DNA from: Oikopleura dioica
Lineage: Eukaryota; Animalia; Chordata
Length of the DNA: 64,000 bases
Reading direction: 5' to 3'
Assembly: GCA_907165135.1 (NCBI GenBank)
Contig: OU015567.1
Coordinates: 4,650,001-4,714,000, forward strand
Shown here: positions 24,901 to 44,930 of the stretch, piece by piece
Numbering within the stretch: the first letter of the stretch is position 1
Layout of the letters: every line of letters starts with the position of its first letter
The notes under the pieces: model-generated
What the model was told of the DNA's origin: nothing
The model's database searches: none
Seen by the model: only the letters and a program-made list of their open reading frames with translations
Made by a program: the position numbers and the translations under genes

Positions 24901-26224
24901 GAAAACTCGACTCTGATTGGCTGATAAGGCCCCAACTATCAGGATTTCACCAACTCTAGAAGCATGTACCTCTTTTCTTATAACCACAAAAGACCTTGTT
25001 GTTTACCGACTTAAGATCAAATATTTTCCCTTTTTCTACGAAATGATAGTTATAAAGATTAAATATTTCAAAAGACGATTATCAAATTGGCAATGCTAAA
25101 ATTGAGAGCCGATTTTTTCTGCTGAAAATTATAAAACAAACCCATGAATTTGAAAACGCCTGCAAATTCGCTCACGAACAAGCCACCATGGAAGGCCTCG
25201 TTTAATTGGAAACACATGTCGAGTGGTTCTGCTCAGTGAATCTGCTTTATAGGATTAGTTTTCTAAGGATCTCGATATCCGTGAAATGAGCGCATTTATT
25301 GATTCGATAAGACATTGCCTGATTTTCTCGATAAACCTGTTCTTTCTCGAATAAATACGGAAGTTAAATGTGATAAAATTTAATTTTTACCGATTTAAGG
25401 ACCCCCTTAGGTTTTTCCTTTTAAAAATGAAAATTTAAAAACAACATATTTTTGGTCCTCAGGTTAAATTTGCTTCAAAAACTTGAAAAGAGAAATGTTT
25501 GACCAAGATTCTTGGTCCAAAATCAATACTTTTTCCAAAATTTGGGTGAATTCGTCAATTTTCGGCGAAAAGTCCAATTTTCAAACGCGATTTTAAGGGT
25601 GTTAGAGTCGAGATATACTCCCAAAAAATAGAGCCTTAAAATCGTTTTTTTGACCCGAAAACCATTTCCGGGGTCAAAATTTTAAAATTCCGAAATTTGA
25701 TTTTTGAAAAAAGCTGACGAGGGGGTCCTTAAATTTTCCCGTGTTTAGTTCATTCCCAAAGATCTTGAGTTTGATACAGCATTATGCTAGCAAAAATTAG
25801 TGTTCACGGTTTGGATTTTCCGTTTGTTAAATCCATCCTGCTCTCAAGTAACTAATTTCGCCTAATTCCTCTTTTAGGCAGTGTTACAATGCAGTAAATC
25901 AGCGACAAACGCGACGGAGGCGATTCAACAGCGCATCGCAGCGGAGAGAGAGGATATTCATGTGTTCATTGGTGGTGTCAATGTCGATGGCGAGTTTGAC
26001 AAAAATGAAAGAGAAGTTCAATAATGACGATTCGGATAATCATTGTTTTTGAAAGAACTGTAATTCAAAAGTGGGTTCTTCTGAGGGATAAAGATCCAAA
26101 TTAGCATAAAATGACAAGGTTTTTGACGCATTTTCGCCTTCAAAAAATGCATAATCAATTCATTTTCGTCTCAAAAATTGCCAACAAAAAGTATTATCGA
26201 ACTCGATCTGAATAGAGCCCAGCA

Positions 26225-34591
<8,367 letters not shown>

Positions 34592-34904
34592 GAAAAAACT
34601 CTATTCATGTTATTTGCCGATCTTCAAATGCTGCCATAACTTATCAATCTGTACATATCATTCTTTCCACTTTGCCAAATAGCATTTCTTTTTTCTATGT
34701 TCCGACCTGTGTGTTTCCCTTTTTATACCTTCGAAAAAGCGGGCTCTAGAATCCCTTCTAGCGCTTCCCTGTTCTGCTGTGATAATACAGATAGATACAA
34801 CTGTACAAAAGAAGTCAAACAAAATTCGAATCGGAGAAGTCTCTCTCTGAATTGGCTCAAATAACTTAATAAAGTCAACATTTCTTAATAACATTTTTGC
34901 GTTT

Positions 34905-35210
34905 TTATTGCTTCCAAATCATGGTGAGAATTGGTGATTCATGGCATTCGTCAAGGATGTGCTGGTAAAGATCAGCAGTGAGATCTTTTCCTTGATTTTC
35001 CACGGCGTTTATCGCATCTTAAAATATCATGAGCAGAAGAAGACAACGAGGAGTCATACCAGTTTCGCACTTGAGCGTATATTTATAAAGAAGTAGCAGT
35101 CGCTCTTCGTCGTTCATCGTTTTCCAGGATTCAGTATGGATCTTCGTATGGGCGTACGGATCTATCGCAAAAATTGACATTGGCAAAAATAAAAGGAAGA
35201 GAAACTGCAT
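34905..35210 (-). CDS. Small secreted protein (87 aa, two Cys)
   Basis: MQFLFLLFLPMSIFA signal; one GT-AG intron (about 35021-35062) joins ...KCET to DAINAVENQGK...ECHESPILTMIWKQ*. Confidence 0.75.
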
Positions 35211-35559
35211 TCTGAGAAAAATCAGAAGATGCTTTTCCGAGGCAAAATCATTTGATCTTATACAAGACGAGTTTGACGGTTCATTGAACAATTATACAAA
35301 GAAAAATAACGCAAGTTACAAGCGTGGTTCGTCTGTCAGTACTGTCATGCTCACGGTTGTTTGTTCAGAGAAACATTTTCTCCTGACATAAGCACGACCT
35401 AACCATGACCTTTTTCAAGTTCTCAAGATAATAACTTCTAGGGTTATGATATAAAGCAAATCACGAGATTTGCTGACATCTTTAGACATATTCAAATGTG
35501 CTCTACCGAGAAAGAGGAGGATATGCGGCCTAGCATTAACATTTTAATTTGTAACAGAT

Positions 35560-35707
35560 AGATACAACTTTCATTTACAAAAGAAAACCAACCGCTCGTC
35601 ATCCTGCATCATTTATTATGATTCAGAATGGATTTTTGCATGTGCGTTTGAATCAATTGCGGAGAACATTAGTACCTACCAAGGTATATTAAACAGAGAG
35701 TTCTCAT
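35560..35707 (-). pseudogene. Decayed tandem paralogue of the 34905-35210 secreted protein
   Basis: Reads FSAIDSNAHAKIHSES**MMQDDERLVFFCK* versus IFAIDPYAHTKIHTESWKTMNDEERLLLLYK; multiple stops. Confidence 0.8.
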
Positions 35708-36017
35708 TTCTATGAAAGAAGAGAGTTTCCTAAGGAGACCAAAAAGTGCATCGCAAGTTACAGGCGTTATATTCGTCTGTCACTACTGTCATGTTCACAG
35801 TCTGTCTGTGAGGCTCAATTGTTTTCTGAGAAAAGCTTGAACTTGGTTTGTCCTCGGAATCTTGTAAACAGGGACAGTAACAGTCATTTTAACAGGTCAG
35901 GATTCCGAGGGAAGAACAAAACCTTTCTGGAATTCAGAAAATCTGGAGCATATTATTAAGACATGTATTTACAATTTTGATATACAACCAAACATTAAAT
36001 TTATTGCATATTTTTCG

Positions 36018-37168
36018 TTATTCTTGTGCATTTTTTCCGTTCGATTTGTGTTCTTTCTTCCATTTCATTCTCCTAAAAATCCTTTACGTCTCATTAAACC
36101 GTGTCTCCAAACCTATTCTGGAACCATATTTTGACTTGTCTCTCAGACAACTGAAGAGTAGTTGCAATTTCGATCCTCCTCTTGCGCGTCAGGTATCGAT
36201 TGAAATGGAATTCTTTCTCTGAAAAGAATCATTTGTACCCAAAATAGCATATGAGAAGCCATGTGAATGTCAATAAAAAACAAGCTTGAACTCTAGCCGG
36301 AAATCAAACCGCAGGATTATTTGTTTTAGATTCATAGTTTTGACCCGGAAGAACATGGATCTCTAGGGACAAGGTTCAGCAATTCGTGCCAGAAACCTGA
36401 CTCAGGCCTCAAAAAGCTTGAATGAATAGCCAGTCAATGAATGAAATCAAGGAAGAGTACCAACCTAGTTCCAATGTCTGATGTCTCGTATACGCTGTTC
36501 TGATTCGTTTATTATCGTTTCCTTGTTTTTGTGATTGTTCTGCAGCCACTTCATTTTGAAAATGTTAAGAAAATGTTTGTCGGGCATTTTTTCTTACTTT
36601 GAGCAGAGTGCATGCGCCGCATCCATGGGTAGATTTTCAGCGACTTTGCATCGTCAGACTTGTTATCTCGAGAGTCGCAGCTGCCCAGATCATCTTGATG
36701 ATGCATTAGCGACTGGGGAATAGATCCGTTCACTGGCCCAAGGGGTAGCGGTTCCGGATAGAGGGGTCGCTCATGTGGCTGGAGTTGGTAGGACACTGGC
36801 TCGAATGAAACTCTAGAATCGATGATGAAGAGAAAGGAAAGGGAAGAATGGCGTTTTTTACCTTTCTGGCTCGGGGAGCTCTGGTGGCTGAAGAGGATGA
36901 TGGAGAAATTGAACCGCCTGAATAACAATTTTGAATCAATACTTTATAAAAAGAGTTATTTTTTCTGATCACCGAGATAATATTTCTTAGAAGCCAATTT
37001 CCCGAAATTATGATACTAATATGGCTTTTGAATCATTTGAAATACGAATGCATTCAGTCAAGGATCTTTTTCTAGAAAAAATATTCTTACCGGATCGAGT
37101 GGATCATACTGAGCTGGGTAGTGAGTCCAGCTCGTAGATGGAAATTGATTTGTGTAATTCCAATTCAT
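36018..37168 (-). CDS. Hox4: Central-class Hox homeodomain protein (Hox4/5-like; larvacean Hox4)
   Basis: Six exons. Hexapeptide IYPWMRRMH; homeodomain [16 protein letters not shown]|[36 protein letters not shown]|RMKWKKEHK; GT-AG introns 36219-36464 and 36073-36112 inside the homeobox. Paralogue number is assigned from recalled larvacean nomenclature. Confidence 0.93.
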
Positions 37169-37827
37169 GATTCGTGATTTCCTGCAGTAGGTGGGTGTGT
37201 TCCCCGGATTCCCGTTTGATCGCACTTCTCTCGATTTATCTCTTTAATCGTTTCCAATTTATCTTGGTTTTTGGGGTCGTTTATAACGATAATGGCGAAG
37301 ATTGTGTGTTGACAGCCGATTTGTAACGATAACGGGCCAATTTATTACTCGATATACTTCTATAAATCTGGACGGGCTCAGCCCCGCGGTGATTTTCGAC
37401 CTACAGAGAGCGCCATCCAGCGAGAGGATCAAGGGACGCCGCCCGAGGGAGGATCAGCCAATCTCGTTTTTGACACGAAAGTTTCGCTTTGAAGGAAAAT
37501 TTATTCAAGAAGGTAAAAATTTAAGAAATTAAAAACTCAAATTAATTCTCATATTTTCATAGTTCTCTTATGATTATTGCCTAAATTCAACTTGAAATTC
37601 TGTTTTTAAAAATCTTTGCTGCTATTTTTGTTAAAAGATTTATGGTTTTTCCCTAGCAGGGTTTAGATCAAAAATCGAAAAATTATTCTTTGAAATTTTA
37701 TACTTTATTTTTGAAGCTAGAAAAGATATCGTTTATTAGTATCTTCTGTATTCGAATGCAGGAAAATGAGTACAGACACTCCCAAAGGGCCATTTATAAC
37801 CAAAATGAACTGGTGCCTGAGCGGAAA

Positions 37828-38067
37828 TGATAAATGAGCAGGGTAGGTGCAAGTCCGCCAGCGCAGGTCGTGAAATGCGCTTTGATAAATGGGCCAATCT
37901 TTCATCAGGTTCTTCCATACTTGTTTTCACCTTGTTCTCAAAACAACCGCAAAAGATATATTTTTGAGTACGCATGAAATGATAGGTAGATGAACTTGTT
38001 CCTCAGCAGAAAATCGGGCTAACTTGGCTCGTATATTTTTCCATCCTTAGCAGAGTGATAAATGGGC
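37828..38067. promoter_or_regulatory. Cluster of three TGATAAATG(A/G)GC motifs upstream of the Hox gene
   Basis: Copies start at 37828, 37883 and 38056; they fit the TGATNNAT Pbx-Hox consensus; Meis-type TGACAG at about 37308. Confidence 0.45.
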
Positions 38068-38669
38068 GCCTCGTCTTGAGAACAAGTCGACACATACGTG
38101 ATTCCATCCCGTTCATTATGTATCCTTTTGGTCGCCCCGGGCGTGTGTTGGCCCGACTTATTAGCTATCTGATCAGGATCGGCGGCCTTCAGGATGATCA
38201 AATGAGCTCAGTTGATGGAATGGGGGCGTGAAATTTTCATGAGATCCGCAGCAAAAGCAAGAAGCAATAAGGGTGTATGAATCATACAGTATGATGCGAT
38301 AATGAGTTCATTTTCTTGTTTTCATCTTTTTTTCTTCAAGTTTTTTCCTTTTCGCGGCTCCACCACTCGAGTAGGTCATAAATTAGCGCAGGAACGAGGC
38401 GTGCATCTGTAGTCACTTTGTAAATCTGAACCGCGAAATTGGCTCCTGACGAATTGCTAAATGGAGGTGATCAACGAGGTGCCAATCGGTCATCCTTTCA
38501 TTTTATCTTCCCGGGCCGAATCTTATCGCCATGAAATTAACATTTTGCAAATTCGCTTTACAATGACAAATGGCAATTTTTGATTTCAAGAGCTTGTTTG
38601 ATCATCTTTTCACGGTCAAATATATTTTCCTCGTTTTGGATGATAATTTTATTTCTCGAGAAAAAAAAA

Positions 38670-41358
38670 ATGAAAATTTTCCTTTTTCTCCTGAATTATG
38701 CTTTTTCTATAAATTTCAATTGTAAGTTGACTTAATTTTAATCTCGAATAACTGAATTTTAGTGTGGGAAAATGGAGGATTTCTGGTCTCCGGCGACGAA
38801 GACGATTTCAACCTCGCTTCTGGTGCTTACTTCATTCGGGCGAATAACAAAACTTACTCCACCACCGACAACACTCTCCAGATCACGACTGTGAAGAAAG
38901 AAACAGGCACTGATGTACACGGAATCTTCACGAAAACAACTCTCCACTTCAACTCTACCGAATTCAAATCTCAGCTGCTGATGGAAGCGTCAGTTCGACA
39001 CTACCAGACCTTTGTTATCTTTAACCAGAAATTTGACCATCTCGAGGGAATGTCCAACAACGATCCCAATTCCGTCTCCACGAGTTTTCCCAGCTTCGAG
39101 ATCCCAAAACAAGGGAAGAAAGAAATGTTCGTTATCAATCCTTGCGATGATATGGCAGGAGAACAAGAGATGGTTAGGGTACCATGGAATGAAGAAAATG
39201 CGGATAAATTATGCGGGGGACTAAAAGGTCGTTGAAATCAAGGAAGACTTCTTTTGATAAAAATTCTTTCAGGGGGACCCTTCTTCATTTTTGACAAAAC
39301 GAATTCTTCAGCAGGGCATTTTAGTCAAGTTTTCACAATTTCGTCTTTTTCAAAATTCACCGCCGTCAATTCTGAAATCGAAATTCTTCCTCTCCGCTCT
39401 ACCCTTTCTTTTGGCCTGCCCGGATCATTGGAGAATATTTCAAACTATGAAATCGAAACTATCCTGCACTTTGGAAACGAGGGATTTTATGAGAGTGTTC
39501 ACGCCTGGGGCGATGTTTTGCTGAAGCAATATGGGAAGACACGAGCATATCGAGAGTCTGAATTGACAGTTAATTACTTGAGCTACTGGACTGACCAAGG
39601 TGCTTATTATTATTACAATCCGAATGGGACGTATCAGGAAACGATGAATTATGTAAACGACGAACTGCGATTTGGACAGCCAGAAGTACCAATTCGAAGC
39701 TGGAACCTTGATTCTTGGGACGGGTTTGAAAATTATTTTGATCTTTCCTTGATTTCGTAAAATGCCCGATTTTCAACCCTGTCAAAATGTGGTACTACAA
39801 ATGTGGCGGCCATGCAAATGACGGAGGCGGAGGAACGATATCTTGGACAGCAAGACCTGATGCTTTTCCTGATTCGATGCAAGGCCTCTATTACAATACC
39901 TCCCTACCCGTCATCGCTCATAATCGCTGGTGGTGTAGCAATACGACTTATGCGAAGGAAAATGGAGGGGGTTATGATTTTTCGATTGACCGAAAGACGG
40001 GCTTTGCTTTGCCAACGGAATATCAGTTTTGGGATGATCTCTTTCGAAATTCAACAAGATGGGGTCTTCGGTAATATTCTTTTTCTGCAAAAGCTTATCA
40101 AAAATTAAGGGTGTACCTTCAAGATTGGATGGGAGTCGCAACAAGCAAGCTTCCGGTGCTTGAGAAAGATCTTTCAATCGGTAAAAAACAAGACGAAAAC
40201 AAGACATTTGGAAAATTTCTAGAGAGGAATTGGCTTCTTCAGATGTCTCAAGCAGCAGAAGCTAATGGCATCTCTATCCTCTATTGCATGGCTTTTTCCC
40301 GACATATGCTCCAATCTGTCGAGCTTCAAAACGTCGTTTCCATCAGATCCTCAGGCGACTACGAGCCGGGAAATCGACAGTGGGACATCAGCATTTCCGC
40401 CATTTACACTCATGCTCTTGGTCTCGCCCCTTTCAAAGATACTTTCTGGACGACGCCAAAGCAGCCGGGTCATCCAGGTAATGAATGATTCCTTGAAAAC
40501 TCTTCCTTGATTTCAGGCTACGAAAACATTACCGAATGGCATCCGGAGCTCGAATCGGCCATGGCAACTCTCTCAACCGGAATCGTCGGAATCAGCGACC
40601 GAGTTGGCTACACAAATGATGACCTTGTCAGCAAGTCGATTCGGCCTGACGGAAAAATTCTTAAACCGTCCCGTCCGATCGCTTGTCCCGACCATCTTCT
40701 CTGGGAACTGAATCCTTGGGAAGTGAACAATGGAACTTCGGAGTTTGAAACATATTCTGAGCTGAATGGCCATCGATGGGGAATCATACTTCTGTACAAA
40801 AATGTGACAGAGAAAACTGTTCATCGAAGTCATAATTTGAGAAATTTTCATTTCACAAGAAGCGGCAAAGGGGACAAGTTTCTTCTCACAGAAAACTTCG
40901 AAAAATCGGAAGGAAGAAAAATTGATCATGAATTCGAGCACTTTCTAGCGCCATCAGAAAAGCTGAAGATGATGTATTTTGCTCCCCTGATTCTTATTCC
41001 CGGAAGATCTCAATCGTATGTGACGATTCTTGGCGAAATTAATAAATGGGTCAAAGGTTCAAAGCAATTAAAACAAACAAAGAAAAAACAAAAAATTTTT
41101 CAGTTTCCCCGCAGCGATTTTCAGAACTCCTTGTAACTCATACTATGCTCTCAGGTTTGCGACTCGTTTGAGATTTTTATTCATATTTTTCAAGTTACAC
41201 TTTCTGGCGTGGATCAAGAAAGCATTTGGGTCGGAATTCAACTTGAGCTTGACGGACAATCGACTTTTACTGAATATTTTTCCTGCAAATTCGGCCCTTC
41301 AGGAAAGAACAAGCTTGTGTTTAACTTTGATCAGACTTTCTCCTGCAACCAAATTTAA
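38670..41358 (+). CDS. Secreted clan GH-D-like glycoside hydrolase (alpha-galactosidase/Sip1-like motifs)
   Basis: Signal MKIFLFLLNYAFS; YLSYWTDQGAYYYY, LDSWWY, HNRWW, VYLQDW (candidate nucleophile), RSSGDY (candidate acid/base), STGIVGISDRVG..PDGKILKPSRP; many N-glycosylation sites; stop at 41356-41358. Confidence 0.75.
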
Positions 41359-41556
41359 ACTTCAGTCACTCAACCGAAATGAATAAATATCGAACTTGGA
41401 CTAGAAGACGACGCTTTTCAATCCTTTCTGCTGAGAAAAAATCGTCTTGGACAAATCTGATCCAATTTTTTTCAACAAAAAATACAAAAGAAATTTAATA
41501 AGGGGCGCTTTAGTTCAGAGCATAAAATCCTCACTCTCAATCGCACTCGTTCAAAA

Positions 41557-41927
41557 ATGATCTTTTTCCATTTTTTCTCGCTTGCCAGAGCTGAGAACTT
41601 CTGTGCAGAAAACAACAAGCCATTGAATGGGCACTTTGCCCATTGCATTTGCCAGAAGTTTTATCACTGCGATGTTTCGGACAAAACTGTGGTCAAGGAT
41701 TGCGCGCCGGGGACTGTTTGGGACGATGGGATTAAAAATTGCAACTGGCCTTCTGAAAGTTTGACAGAAAATTGCTGCGATTTGAGAGTAGAGAATTGCG
41801 ACGAGATCTGCTCTTCTGGGGGCCTCCTGTATCTACAGCTGCGCCAACAACAACGACTAGAACTCCTAAAACTACCGAAGCTCCTGTGACTCTTCCGATA
41901 GAAAGACCAACCTCTTTTCTCGAAATA
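41557..41927 (+). CDS. Secreted chitin-binding peritrophin-A (CBM14) protein; Thr/Pro linker lies in a shifted frame
   Basis: Signal peptide then C..NGHFAHCICQKFYHC..CAPGTVWDDGIKNCNWP. In-frame stop at 41889, but GPPVSTAAPTTTTRTPKTTEAP follows in another frame after a G5 run at about 41818-41822. Confidence 0.8.
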
Positions 41928-42326
41928 ATGCTGAGCCTCCTTTTTTTCTTTCTTGCCAACGCTCATCAAAATCCAGATATTCAGCCAGATTTCAGCGGCA
42001 TCAGCAAAATTTCCTCACCGATTTCAGACTTGGAGAAAGCGTTTTTGATAACAAACGATTGGACAATCGAACATGATCAATTCGGTACCATTATTTAGAT
42101 TTAGTCATTTCGAGCTTTCTCTTCAGCGATGAAAAACTTCGAATTTGACGACTTCCAATATGCGAATCACTGTCTTTCTCGCGTCGCAGAGCGAGCACAA
42201 TTCATACAGCATTTTCCACGATGGACAAACTATGAGAATCAACTAAACGTGACTCTTTCTTCTGAAGTTATTTCCGGAATTTCGACTTGCGACATTGAAT
42301 TGGCTCGCGTTTTTGACTCCTGCTGA
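41928..42326 (+). CDS. Hypothetical secreted protein (possible downstream operon gene)
   Basis: MLSLLFFFLANA signal-like start; one GT-AG intron at about 42087-42126; stop at 42326. Confidence 0.6.
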
Positions 42327-42742
42327 AATAAATAATTTGCATAGGAAAGCAATTCTGCAAATAGAATTTTTACAACTGGTCACGTTTGCGCTGATGATTT
42401 AGTGAATTTGGAGACAAGAATTGAATTTGGCGTTCGTTAAGCCAATTTTAAAACCCAAGCAAGTTCAATTCAGAAATTCTTGTGGTATCAATTTGATTTT
42501 TTAATCCTCAGAAAACCAAAAAGTAACTCTAACCCTAGAATATTTTAAAAATCTTGAAGAAAAAATGCAAAAACAGCGATTTTAGAAGCATTTGAATGAA
42601 TTTATTTTCACAAGTCATTTTCGATAAGTGTACAAATTATCGAAATCAAAGTCGATCTCGATTTTTTTCAAAATAAACAAGAACTAGCAGCCACTACAAG
42701 TGCTCGGGCAGGAAATGAAGATATCTTTGACGTGGCACTTTT

Positions 42743-43325
42743 TTATCCAGCCGGAGCATTCAGGGTACACATCAGGCTGGATTGTGGAACAGTCGAGGCG
42801 GGCGCGGGTGGTGACGATTGGAATGATGGTGGTTGGGATTTCAGACTCGATGAACTCGACTACTGGCTAGAAAAGAGAGTTTAAAAGGGTCAAAAAAGAA
42901 GAAAAAGATCGAAATTATACGATGAAGAAGTGAAAAATCAGCTAAAAGCAAGAAAAAGAAGTGCATTTTTGAAGGACCAATAAGATTGCCGCATTTTGCC
43001 TGCCGGCCAATCAAAACCCTCATTTGGAAAATCATTTTCTACGAACCTGATTTTCTTGAATTTCTTCTCCCTGCCTATTCTGATTGTTGTTCCATTGAGT
43101 ATTGTCCATTCTTTCCCACTCTCCCTCAGTAATCAATCTGTACTGCGACATATCCTTATTCGCCAAGCGAACATAATTCGGATTATTAGAGTGCCGAATG
43201 AAGCCATCAAATGTTTTTCCTCTGTATTGATCGAAATTGTAAGCGGCGGAACCGTCGAGAATTCCGAGGGAAAAGGGCTCGGTTGGGAGAAAAAGGGAAA
43301 GAAAAATTTTCAAACTTTTTATCAT
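42743..43325 (-). CDS. Hypothetical secreted protein with Thr/Pro-rich C-terminus
   Basis: ORF 43032-43325 with a hydrophobic N-terminus plus a downstream exon PVVEFIESEIPTTIIPIVTTAPAST...; splice junction uncertain. Confidence 0.45.
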
Positions 43326-43571
43326 AATTATTTCTCTCTTTTTGTTTTTGGAATTTCTAGAGTTTGATTAAAGGGAGCGCAGCGGGGGATTTATATGCGC
43401 AGGATTGAGCGGTCTAGATGGCGCTGTCGCAATGAGCGATCATGAAAATAAGGAATAGAGGGAAAAATTAATGCGAAAACTTTTTTTTGCTATAAAAAAT
43501 GCTTATTTTGCAGAAAAATGTTCATTTTGAGGTGTTAAGCCCCGTATGAATAATCTGGAATCAAAGAAAAG

Positions 43572-43870
43572 ATGATAGATTTCTTGCTCCTTCTTTTTCT
43601 TCATATTGCTGAAGCAAAAGGGGGCAAAAGCAGAGGAGGTTCAAATGGAGGTTGGATGAGCAGCCTTTCAAGGAAAATGAACACGGAAGGTTTTCAATGG
43701 GTATCTACTTCAATTTTTCTTTTCAACAATGATATTTTTTGAAGTACGAAATCGTGATCACTTTGGCAGGTGTTTTTCTGCTCTTGTTTTTGTCTGTCTG
43801 GTGTTGCAGTAGAGAAGAAGATGAAGATGAAGAGCAAGAAGAAGAAGAAAACGATGCTCTTGATGACTGA
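43572..43870 (+). CDS. Micro type-I membrane protein with TM-CC and polyacidic tail
   Basis: MIDFLLLLFLHIAEA KGGKSRGG...FQW|YEIVITLAGVFLLLFLSVWCCSREEDEDEEQEEEENDALDD*; GT-AG intron 43701-43744. Confidence 0.8.
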
Positions 43871-43942
43871 AAAAAAATTTGCATATTTTGCATCATTTCT
43901 TTCAATCTGCTAAGCCCCGCGAGGATGAGAAATAAAACAAAA

Positions 43943-44245
43943 ATGATCATTTTTCCAAGAATTCTTTTAATTAATTTTTTACTCGTAAAAATGGCTCTTG
44001 CAGAAGGGAGAGACGTGGACACTACAGAAGAAGATCGAATCCAGTTTCTTCTATGGTTAAAAGAGATCGAGTTTGAGGACCTCGATCGAGAAAAATTGTT
44101 GATTATTTTCTGCACTCTTTTTGCCATTTGCTTCATTTGCTCGATTATCTGCCATTTGTTGACGACGCAGGTTCTGTTTCCAAGCCCACGAGCCGAAGGA
44201 GAAACAGAAGATGATGAAACCGGCGAAAATTATTATGAATGGTGA
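43943..44245 (+). CDS. Small type-I membrane protein with Cys-rich TM and acidic tail
   Basis: MIIFPRILLINFLLVKMALA signal; TM LLIIFCTLFAICFICSIICHLL; tail EGETEDDETGENYYEW*; single exon. Confidence 0.75.
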   Translation: MIIFPRILLINFLLVKMALAEGRDVDTTEEDRIQFLLWLKEIEFEDLDREKLLIIFCTLFAICFICSIICHLLTTQVLFPSPRAEGETEDDETGENYYEW

Positions 44246-44579
44246 CAAATAAAAATTTCCAAAAACGTGTCAGCGCGAAAATTATTATTTTGAATTATTT
44301 TGAAAATCTGTTTCCACTCGTCCCAAAAGCCCAAGTGCCTGATCAAAAATTTGGACACTTGAACCTTTGCGATTTCAATATTTTCGAAGCTGCAAAAAAA
44401 GGAGAGTTCTGACGGAGGAAAATCGGATTTGAAAAAAGAGAATAGAAAAGAAAGTGCTTTCCAGAGACAGCGCTTGTCACAACCGCGAGCTTTGTTTTCG
44501 TTTCTCTTCGGTGAACGTGAGTTGCACTTGAGCCGCGTTTTGTTCAATTTCGGGAGCTCCCTGAATCTTCGCAATGAAA

Positions 44580-44930
44580 AAAAACCTGAGTCAGGGTCCT
44601 ACAACAGCAAAAACAAAAACAAATTGACAACAACTGACTCAGGTTTCTAAATTCAATAGTAAGAAATCTGAGTCAGAGTCTCGAAAACGCTCTCACACAG
44701 GGTCCCCCTGACACAGGTTTTTACACAGGTCGCCGAGCCCGGATATTTCGGCTTATATTAGAGCTGAACTCGGCAACCTGTGTAAAAACCTTTGTCAGGG
44801 TCCCACAAAGAGCATTTTAGAGACCCTGAGTCAGGTTTTTACACAGGTTGCCGAGTTCAGCTCTAAATTGAGAAGCCGAAATATCCTGGCTCAGCTACCT
44901 GTGTAAAAATCTGTGTCAGGGTCCCAAATG
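44580..44930. repeat. Nested inverted-repeat cluster (MITE-like) of the CCTGAGTCAGG family
   Basis: Unit about 44700-44805 is itself a hairpin and is the near reverse complement of unit about 44823-44925. Confidence 0.8.

Noticed and set aside
25870-26030. Exon-like segment as the 5' part of the polyprotease
   Set aside because: No signal peptide or unambiguous frame.
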